Shown: piece after piece, positions 1 through 10,451 of the stretch | How positions within the stretch are numbered: the stretch's first letter is position 1 | How the letters are laid out: each line of letters opens with the position of its first letter | Assembly: GCA_043381765.1 (NCBI GenBank) | Contig: JBHJMP010000902.1 | Coordinates: 1-33,156 of the forward strand | Length of the DNA: 33,156 nt | From: Collodictyon triciliatum | Lineage: Eukaryota | Direction: 5' to 3' | Made by a program: the position numbers and the translations under genes | Notes under the pieces: generated by a model | Told to the model about the DNA's origin: nothing | Seen by the model: the letters and a program-made list of their open reading frames with translations, nothing else | The model's database searches: none

Positions 1-409
1 TTCACCCCAACCACAAGCAGGTGTAAATTATCACAGTGGCCCGCACACAAGCCATTATACAAATACAAATCCGGGGCATCTTTCTTCAGAACCTCATCAG
101 CACGGGCATCCAAATATGGCATCACCCTACCCTGCTCCTGTCATGCCACAAGGATATCCAGCCAACAGCCCGATGGTATACGCCCCGCCTGCGCACGGAG
201 CTGGACATTATCAAGCACAGCCTTCATCATTCCAAAATCCATCCATCTTTTCACCCCAACCACAAGCAGGTGTAAATTATCACAGTGGCCCGCACACAAG
301 CCATTATACAAATACAAATCCGGGGCATCTTTCTTCAGAACCTCATCAACACGGGCATCCAAATATGGCATCACCCTACCCTGCTCCTGTCATGCCACAA
401 GGATATCCA
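1..409 (+). repeat. Coding tandem duplication with a 249-bp (83-aa) period
   Basis: 1-160 matches 250-409 except for one synonymous change (CAG/CAA). Encodes SPQPQAGVNYHSGPHTSHY...MASPYPAPVMPQGYP. Confidence 0.95.
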
Positions 410-3400
410 ACCCACGGAAAGGCGCCCGCACACAACCCGAATCACAATAGCCCTTGGACACATCACAGCTCACCGAATGAATCACCCAATGGACATTTTT
501 TTGTTGCTTACAGTTACACCGCCCCTGGTGAGTTATGGGAATTTATAAATCAGGGCCAAGTAGAAGCAAGGTCTTCCATCAAATATTCTGAAAGTTTAGA
601 AACAGCGATTGTTCGTGTATCAAGGCCTGGAGGTCAGCATAGAAATGTGAGATTTTACTCTAGTTATTACCATGTCCAAGTTATTTTCAAGATATTAAAT
701 AAAGTACCACATATATACAAGAGCTATATTGCAGCTGAACATGAAAACAATATTACATGACAAACACTTTAAGCATAACATCAAAAATACGAAGCAACCG
801 TATTATTATAGTAATATGATATTCTTTTGATTCAGTGCAATATTCTTCATTGTAGTTGAAACATAATTTAGACAATCAATTAATAACACAAGCCACAATT
901 ACAATCATGTATCTGTCTCCACATGCATTTACATTTGAATTCCATTATAAACAGGGAAAATTCATATCTGGCTTAAGTGAGACCGAAGGAATAATAATTG
1001 GCCGCTGCTCATACACTGATGAATCTCTCTTGGAAAAGTGGTTTTCATCAACATTTAATTCAAAATTCAAAATACTCTATTCAAATATAGCAGAAAATAT
1101 AATAGTAATGAGCTCGAGCCTTACAACTATCGACTTTATGATATCCAAAAAAGATTTTTTAGCCCAAGAAAGGGTAATTGCTAAATCATTAGCATGTATT
1201 GTAATATACAGTTGATTACCCCTTATTATCACTATGACTAAAAGGGATTTTCGTTGAATTAGAATCACAATATACAATGAAAATTCTTAATATAAACTAA
1301 ATGATTCAAATTCACTCTAATATTCACTGTTTTATCGTTAAAGTTTGTATTCGAGACGGCCCTGCCATCCCAAGCAAAAAGCTACATATTTTGTGTTCAC
1401 AAATCAATCAAAGCTACAAATTTTGAGGCAGAGTTGGAAACCTTTTCTCAAAGATACAAGCTATCTCTGTCTTCTTCAAAGAGTTTCTATAATCTTGAGA
1501 TAGGAGAAACGGAAATATTTGTGAAATCCCTAGTATGGCCTCTCCACAAACAATTTGATCACCATGACTTTCACGCAAACGTAATGGTCACTAAATATTT
1601 CCACATACATAAAATGAATATGTTAATGACCAGTGTCTTTGAATCCATCCGATTATATTAATTCTTTTTTCTTTTATCAATCTAAAGTTATTGTTTTATG
1701 GTATCAAATAATATTATTGATTTATACTGTATACCTCTTTAATTTCTTTAATTCTTCTTACAGGTTGAAATAAAAGAAATGCCCATTTCTGTCTCGATGA
1801 CAGCTGAACCGAAGCAAAAGCCCCTTGTACCGGAAGGGTCCTTCATGAAGAAAGATTATACCGATTCAAATGACGAAAAATTTGATCAGAAGGAGGTTTG
1901 CAATCAAGAAATCATATTTGATCTTGCAAAATCAGTCAGCTCGAGTTTATTTGAATCAGAAAACCTAGTGTTACTGAGCTTTGAGGGTATCCGAGACAAT
2001 GAGTATTTTGATTTGAGCTCTGTGCTTGATATAAGGCAAAAGGATTATAAAGAATTAAAAGACAGCGACCTAACAAGGCGCTTGTTTTTCATCTCAGTCG
2101 AGGCACTCAAAAGAATTAGTAATGTAGGACCGGTCAGATACCAATCCTTGCTCATCCACACTATTACTAGTATTCCCGATGAAGGGACCTGGTATATTCC
2201 ATACTGGTGCCCTTCTAACTTGACAAACTTGCGCGAAATAATGTCTACCATCGGTCATGTTCATTGTTTTTTCCATCAAAATATCTGCGTAGCAGTTTTA
2301 AAAACAAAACAAAATCCAAAAGTTCATCTGGGGAAGCATATATCAGTTTATTTGGCAAATCACCAACTGCGTCTTGAAAAGTGCTATATCTTTCGAGTTT
2401 TTCTGGTCAACACGCCTCTGGATTGCACAGTAGAGTCAATTAAAAAATTATTCCCCAGGCATAATTTTCAGCATGTGATTCAATATCACACAGATGTTTG
2501 GTGTTTATACTTTCAAACACCTGACATCGCCAACGACTTTATGGTCAGTAATTCAGAGGGTAAAGGTCCCGGTTCCGAATCACATTTTATACATAGATTC
2601 TTCTCACATGAACTTCCTGAGCATCAAACGAGGCGTTTTCGAGACCACATGCCCCTTTTTGTGCACATGGTACCTCAAGACTGCGCCAAAGATATCGAAA
2701 GCGGCCTTATATCAAAAAAATTGTCTTACTCTTTCTCAAAATACTACGCAAACGAGTCCTTATTTTTTGCCCTCGTAGTCCCAGACAACGCAGCCAGCAA
2801 TTTAATATCTGACGGAGCAATATCCTTCCAGGGGAAGAATTATCCTGTATCAACCCGGGTCCAGGTTTTTTTTTCGATTAGGGGATTAGGATCTGACTAT
2901 GGTACCCCCGACTCTGTCTCTCATCTGCTCGAAAAGCATACAATTTTTTCGAAAAGCCCATTCAATGTGGAAATGAATCCAAACGGGGGCATGTTACTGG
3001 TGACCTCATTCCCATTGTACAAAGTTGTTGAGAAAAACTTGTGCATTGAAATCGGAGGAGTGACGATTCAATTCAGTCCATACACGTCTGCCTTACAAGT
3101 ATTTGACGAAGCGTGGTATAAAGGTGGAAATCTGGTCAGGTCATTTGATCAATATGAACCAACAGACTCTATCTTTAAGAAAAAATGGGACGCAGTATCT
3201 TGGCTTGATGCCTGGCAGAATTGTGAGCAATCATCCTCAAGAAAAAGCACTACTTTAAATAGGTCCAGTTTCGTGCAAACAGCTCAAAATCTCCACTATA
3301 CTGCCATGCTCCTTACAGGAAAGACATGCCGGGATGGATTTTATGTTAACACAAAGGGAAAAAAAGTGGACGTACCCACGCCAAGGGACTATCAGATACA

Positions 3401-6400
3401 TATGTACCCTGTTCCTTTCGAATCTCAACCAAACTCAGCTCCAGCAAAGATTGAGTGCAAAAGCTCAGATCCATTTTCCGAGGCCTCTATATTGATTCAA
3501 AAGGCATCCCGACCAGCTGTTCTATGGTCTGTGGAAGAACATCAACCACAACTTGGCCTTGAAAACGAACTCGTTCGTAGGTCTAATTATAGTATGATTA
3601 CTGAACCTCATGTATTTGGATTGAGTACCGGCTTTAAATATCCTTTGCATTCATTCAGCTTGTGGACAGCAAATCTGACAATTTTTCGGACCCAAGAACT
3701 ACTTGGGTATGATTTCCTAGAAACCCCCATCCAGTGTCTAGTTGCATGCATACCAACGAATGCGAAAGCTGTAGAGGAGAAAAGTCATAGCAGTCGCAGC
3801 TTCATTGAAAACACAAAGATAAAGATTGAAACATTCATTCGTGTTGCTCTCTCGATGAAATGTGACTCTCTAGTACTCACGCCCTTTGGTATTGCAAACG
3901 AAGGATATGACCAACCCACTGTGGCATATATTGTGAAGGACCTGCTTGCTGTGTACGCAAAGTATTTTAAACAAATAACCTTTGCGCACGAGACACACCC
4001 ACAAGAAAAGGTAAATTCTGACGGAAAATATACAATGGAGGTGTATGAATCAATCTTTCATCGGAGTCGATTTGACTATCCAACCTATTTGCCTTCAACA
4101 AATAGTAATATTTGCCCAGATGGTGCATACTGTAAAAATAATTCCAGTGCTCATGAAGAAATGGGGCACCCTATCATATGCAAGTATTTTGGGAATTGCA
4201 ACGAATTAAATAATGAGGTACATAGAACACTGTTTCGACATAGCACTAACTGCCGAGAAAGGGGACTTTGCAAAAAAGTAAATGATGCAGATCATATGTC
4301 AACATTCACCCACCCTCCTATGTGCAAGGAAAAAGGCATGTGTGGCCGTGATGATATCGAGCACCTCGATTCCTATCTTCATGTTCCAATTTGTACCCAT
4401 GGAAGTAATTGCACCAAGCGCAACATTCCCGGACATGTTGAGGAATACCGGCACATTGTTGCTGTATGCTCATGGGGAACCTTTTGTCGATTGTACAACG
4501 ACCCAAAGCACATGGCGAGTGAAAAGCATCCTTTCAAGTCCGTGTGTGAAGAGACTCCTCTCTGTCAAAAAACAGACCCCTCACACATGTATGCGTTTTC
4601 GCATCTCTGTAGCTGGGGGAACAATTGCAGGCTTTTGGGTGACAAGGACCACACGTCGAACTTTATTCACATGTTACTGCCGCAGTGCAGAGATGGTGCT
4701 AAATGCCAAAAGATTCACGAACATGAGCATGGATCACAGTTTGCACATCCAGGAGTACAGACACTCCGAAAAACGTGCCAGTTCGGATTCCTGTGCCGAA
4801 AGATAAAAGAAATGGAGCACATATCAAAGTTCTCCCATCTTGAAGTGACCCTCCCTGTGTGTCCCAGCAAGATGTTAAATGTAGAAATTAATTTTTTCAA
4901 AAATCAGACCGACTCTTTACAAAGACTTAATTCGCATGCAAACGGAAGGCTTCATATTCCACAAGACATCATTGACTACATTCGCAATTTGCAACCTGTC
5001 CACCGCTGCCGCTTCCCTATATTTCAATCTGTCATCACGCACGGGACAGTGATGTCTCTTGAGTCGATGGAAAGTTTAAGCGACCCTACGCAGATTGCCA
5101 AAGAGGCAATAAACCACGCGATGATTCGAAGATTGATAGAGTATCGCCCAGGAGAAGCGCGTCATGTTTATGAATCAAGAAGAAAATGGGTGACAGATTA
5201 TGTCCCCAACTCCATTTCATATGAAATGCGAAAGCACGCGCCCAATGTTAATGTGTCCTCAGACCCTGTACTTCGAGATTTGAAGCTCAAGAGCGATGTC
5301 ATTTTAAGCATTTCTGCCTCCAGTGGAATCTTAGCAACTGAGTTGGAACTGATCAACTCTGTCATCGCTAACGTACATTCTGCTTGTGTTGAATTAAGTA
5401 GAAATAAAGCAGGAATCCAGTATCAAGTCGATCAAATCATGGGGACAAATCGACATGTATTTAGTATCCTCGGACCGCATACCGTAAGACGAATTTTTTT
5501 ATTTCTTTTTTTATCTCTAACGAGATACATGAAAGTAATACAAATGTGAAAAATGTCTCCTAAAAAGAAAGAGAGAAAATATATCAGTATGATAGAATAA
5601 TTAATTTTTTAAGAAATCAATATTCATTAATTGCTTTTCCCCTTGAAGGGAAAAAAATGTGGAGGACTCTTGTGTATAATTTTTTTTAACCATGATTACT
5701 AAATGTATTCCATTTTTCCATTTTTTTTTTTTTTTTTTACCTACAGGGATTTTATTATGGCCATATTGCAATTATTTTCAAGAAAGAGATTCTAAATCAC
5801 CCGGATACAAACTTCACATCTATGGCAGCGACATCCTTTCACAACGCCACTGTTTCCCAAAGGCCTTGGTTATGTGTCCGCGACTTAACCTCGAAAGGTC
5901 TCTTTGATGTCAACAAGCATCACATCTCTACGCCAGATTGGGCTGTATGTCTGGCTGGGCAAATGGTTGCATTCTTTCGCTCCAAGGGCGTGAAGATTGA
6001 CAAGCTCGAAGATTTCATAGCTGCCTGGATTTCTGTTGATTCTCATATGACAGTCGAGTGCCACCTCCCGTCCATGATTCCTTTGTCATATATTGATAAA
6101 ATCATCATGCCTAAGGTAATTACTTGATTTCATAGATTCAAAATGCATTTATCATAATGATATGATTATTCTTTTGTGTTCTCCTAATCACTCTAAATTT
6201 ATTATCATGTTAATTTATAATTCCTATTATTACACCTTCTTTTTTTGCCTTCCTGTTAATATTTGTATACACCTAGTGTAGCTATGTATTGTTTACGCAT
6301 TGTACCACTCACTCGGGTTAATTAATCTATGCATTATCATGAAAGGACTATTGGGAGAAATCATCATCTGATTTCAAAACCAAATTCAAAGGCTGCTTCC

Positions 6401-7656
6401 CCGACTCCACCAAAATTCTTGCCCTTACCGATAGCTCTATCGGCACCGATGAAAATCCAAATACAGACTGCATTGCAGAAATTATAGCCATGATTATGAT
6501 TCACATCAAAATGACGCACCACCTTACAGGAATGTCTATGACCCTAGACGAGCCAGACATCCCACTTCTCCTCCCATGCCGCATGCCGGAGGCAGGAAGA
6601 GGGCACATTTACTTCCGTGCGTGCGGCTCAAAGTTTTATTTGTATTTGTCGTCTACTCGCAAAGGCAACACGCTTACTGGAAACATCTTTACCATCTATA
6701 TTAAAATCGGAGCTGGCGGGTTTGCTTGCATCGCAAAAGGATTTCAAACACACGCTAAAAACACAAAGTCAAAGGCCGCCACAACGTCGCAATTCTTTGC
6801 ACAAAACTTGAACCCGATGATACCCAACGGATTCTACATCAAAATATCGGATGGGCAGCTGCAGCTGTCTCATCACATGTCTGCATTTTACTATAATCGC
6901 AACTCGATGAGCCTCCAAGACAGCAACCTGAACTCGGTTGTTTACATCGCTGTTGCACCAGGGAAATTGCCTGTCACATTCCTTGATGTGCGTGTGTTGC
7001 GCAGAGCAGACCATGAAATGCCCGCGCCCGACATGTCGGCATCGCAAAGGACTTTGGAACGCTCGCCGTCCACAGAAGGCAGCTCTTCGTCATCAAAGAC
7101 ACCCCCTTCATCCGCGAGATTGTCCGCCCCGACCCCATCTAGGTCGTCTTCGTCACAAATATCACCAAAGTCAGACCGCAGCCCACCTCGGCACAACACA
7201 CAGCAGGAGGAAAAGGCAGGTGCATCCTCGGATATTCCTTCGAGAAGCCTCACCAGATGCAGGCATGACTTGTCGTGCGAAATGTTCCACGACCCGGGCC
7301 ACGCTTTAAAGTATGCACACAGCATTCTGCCCATGTGCCGCTACGCAGCGTCGTGCAAAAACTACTTCAACAAACCGGAGAGCGATGCTCATCTGCAGAA
7401 ATTCTCGCACCCTTGTTCGTTTGGGACCAGATGCCGGTACCTCAAAGACCAGAGTAGCAACCATTGCACCCTTTACTACCACGTCCCACGTCAAATGTGC
7501 CCGGAGGATGCAAAGTGCTCCAGAAAGATAGACCATGCCCACCGCTCCCAATTCAGCCATACGGGTCTGGCCGATTTTATGTATCCCTGCTTATACAAGC
7601 TTGAATGTAGAAGTCAAAACGACGCAGAGCACGCGACAAAATACTATCATGCTTAG
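2..7656 (+). CDS. Giant multidomain protein, 5'-partial, at least 2,199 aa: Pro/His/Gln repeat, RRM-like modules, degenerate microbial-type PARG macrodomain, 10 PBZ-like fingers, putative ART domain, beta-rich domain, Ser-rich linker, 5 PBZ-like fingers
   Basis: Six exons (<2-646, 856-1173, 1344-1580, 1764-5483, 5747-6115, 6346-7656) join through five GT..AG introns, all phase 0, into one stop-free frame. This unites ORFs 116, 856, 1434, 1779, 5822 and 6490. Motifs: PAVL...LENELVRRS...IFR...LVLTPFG...FKQITFA; repeated C-x5-C-x6/11-H-x4/5-H; VHRC..SVITHGTVMS; HVFSILGPHT|GFYYG; VECHLPSMIPLSYIDKII. Confidence 0.8.
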
Positions 7657-7971
7657 CCAAGTCTCCAATACAAATAAAAGAGAAAGAATATGGGCTCACC
7701 TGCTACCATGAATTATTTAATTTTTGATAATAATCCTAATAACAGTAAATTAAGAAAATAATGAATAATTCTGAAGAACAAATAGAAAAGTGTAGTGCTA
7801 AAACTGGTGTCAAAATCTAATTAAAGAGACATGCAGATCGAATAAGTACATTTTATGCGACTATCGCTATTGTTTCCATCAATGTTAAGAGGTTCACTAC
7901 AGAATTTATTTTTTATTTTTATTTTTTTGCGGTGAAGGGTTCAATGGGAAAATGTCTATATGGGCAAGTGG

Positions 7972-10266
7972 TTATTCAGCACAGGTGAGCGGGTAATTAC
8001 TTCGCAGAGGGGGCTCGGTTACCAAACTGCACAAGGATGTATTTCCCATTCAATTTGAAGCCATGTGTCGCTTCAAGTGCGGCACTCGCAGACTCTGTAT
8101 CTGTTGATAAAATATTAGCAGTTTCTATTTTTCTTTTTTTTTTTTATTATAAAAAAACACGAGGAAAAAAACCCAAAAATGATTTGAAAAAGGAATTCGC
8201 TGTGAAGCAAGTTGCATACAATATACGAAGTAAAGTTGGGCTTATTGTATAGAAGCTTTTGGGTGTGTTGAGGCCCTGAGACGGGACACCAATCAAAAAA
8301 CAGAATAATCAAACCAGGAAATGTTATGAACGCCTGGCCTTTCATTCTCCCAGAAGTCATATACTTGAAAATAAGAGGGACTTTGGGATTCTGTCGCACA
8401 TAGTATGGTTTGTATAAATGAAGGAATAAATATGGAGCAAATAAAAATGAATTCATAATATCCCTCATCATCTTGACGGCGTCGTTATAAATCTCTCATA
8501 CAATGTATCACAGCAACAAGACTCAACAAATATATTACATTTAGAGAGATTCATCAAAAATAATTTGCTTAACATATATTATGAACAAGAAAAAAAATCA
8601 AGAAAAACGATAAATGTAAGCGTATGTAAGACAGTAGCAACCTGGAAAGTCAGAAAAAGGGCAATCAAGTCCGATTTGTTGGTTTCAGGTGCGATATTTT
8701 TTATGTACAAAACCTATGTACATAAGATAGATATCTTTTGCTTTAAAAACCATATAAATGCAACGTATATAATAATACAAAAATATGATAAATAAAGGAT
8801 TCTGCAAAGTATTGATAACTGTCATACTTGATTGGGCACTCCTTTGGTGTATGTGGAGAACATCTGGTTTGAACTTGCCTCCTCAGGACTGATTTTATTA
8901 GATAATATTTGGCTGAGCCGCACGGGTTCTATGAAGTCCGGTAAATCATCACCTAGATGAACCTTGTTAACGCCCAATTCATATTCTATATAATTTGCAG
9001 CCATTTTAATCGCTAATCTATTTTTTAATAAAAAAAAAACTACCAATTTTGCAGTAATACAAGGCTTGTTTTAACATAAAAGGGGAAACAGTGGGATTAT
9101 ATACGAAAAGCATCGAAACCATTTTCCTTGATATCGGTAGTTTGGATGGATGGACGATCCATACGCCCCGGGTTTACTTTGTCGCGTTCTGTTTCATCCA
9201 TTCTTAATACATTCGCCGTATTGTTGAGCTGCTTTCCTTTGCTCTGGAGACCTTCAAGGTGTGTTTCCATCATGTCCATTTCTCTTTTCACGATACTTGG
9301 ATCCATCTTGACTCTTCCATGACTGCTTAAATCAGTGGTTCCCTCCATATCATCTATCTTACGTCTATTTGAGTTTATATGATACTCATCGTTTGCGGGT
9401 TATCTGTTTGATAAAACAGACAACACAAACAATACAACTTTATGAATAAATACGAATCTCACTTAATCTGTGCTTCAGTAAATCCTGCCACTCGCAGGTG
9501 ATTCCGCAGCACGACATTCTTTTCATTCATCTTGAAATGAGCCAGACTCATCACGCCGGTTGCTTCGGTTTTAGAATCATCAACAAAGCGCTCGCTCGTA
9601 GTCCCCATTGAAACAAATCTGTGTGAAATGGGCTCTCTCCTAGAAGAAGTGATTGGGAAAGTTGATAAGTCAGTATAATTCATGGGTCAATATAAATCAG
9701 AGAACAGAGGTGTGCAAACATTTCTTCGAGCAAAAAAAAAGAAGTAGAGATGTTCTTAGAATTGGCTATGGATAGAAGACAATGAACAAGAAAAAAGAAA
9801 AAGAAAAAGAAAAAGAAAAGGAAAAGGAAAAGGAAAAGGAAAAGGAAAAGAAAAAGAAAAAGAAAAAGAAAAAGAAAAAGAAAAAGAAAAAGAAAAAGAA
9901 AAAGAAAAGAAAAAGAAAAGAAAAAAAGAAAAAAAGAGGGCTCTAACTCTGAAAATTCGACTGCTCTTTGCTTGCGAAGCTGCTCCTGGAGCTCTTCATC
10001 GCGGCTGGGGGCAGCTGAAACCAAGTGGGTTTAAACGAACTTCCTCACACAGAGGTAAAAAGAAAAGAAAAGAAAAGAAAAGAAAAGAAAAGAAAAGAAA
10101 AGAAAAGAAAAGAAAAGAAAAGAAAAAATAGTACAAAAAAAGCGCAAAGGCACATACGCGCATCGCCTTCTTTCAAGACTGCCTTGATCGGGCCACGAGT
10201 CCTGCAAGTGCGGATAACTTCACGAGTCTGATAACGAGATGGATTCCCGACCGAGCGCTGAGACAT
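7972..10266 (-). CDS. RBM41: RNA-binding protein 41-like (paralogue of U11/U12-65K), single C-terminal RRM
   Basis: Eight exons: 10266-10158, 10014-9948, 9639-9463, 9364-9105, 9012-8828, 8713-8642, 8390-8315, 8100-7972. The RRM reads YTKGVPNQVLYIKNI...MTSGRMKGQAFITFP...ALEATHGFKLNGKYILVQFG, which is RNPC3/RBM41 type. The N-terminal EATGVMSLAHF...LRVAGFTEAQI and KREMDMMETHL resemble the RBM41-specific region as I recall it. Confidence 0.75.
9788..9935. repeat. (AAAAAG)n/(AAAAGG)n microsatellite in an RBM41-like intron
   Basis: Direct inspection. Confidence 0.95.
10057..10128. repeat. (AAAAG)n microsatellite in RBM41-like intron 1
   Basis: Direct inspection. Confidence 0.95.
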
Positions 10267-10451
10267 AACGCCGCCCGCAGCAAGGTTCCTTCCTAGTTCC
10301 TCCTGTGTCAGTCACGGAAGCCTCTCTACTTCCCTTTCTTTTTCTTTCTCTCTCTCTTTTCTTTTCTTTTTACTGTTTTTTTTTATTGCTTTATTTCCTT
10401 CCATAATTTCGGCACATACTTGCGTGCTGTTACGCAACTGCTTGTGCGACT

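Noticed and set aside
9400-9402. In-frame TAA in the RBM41-like gene if the first AG (9405-9404) is used, suggesting stop recoding or a pseudogene
   Set aside because: A downstream acceptor (exon start 9364) keeps the frame without a stop, and TAA, TAG and TGA all serve as normal terminators elsewhere in the window.
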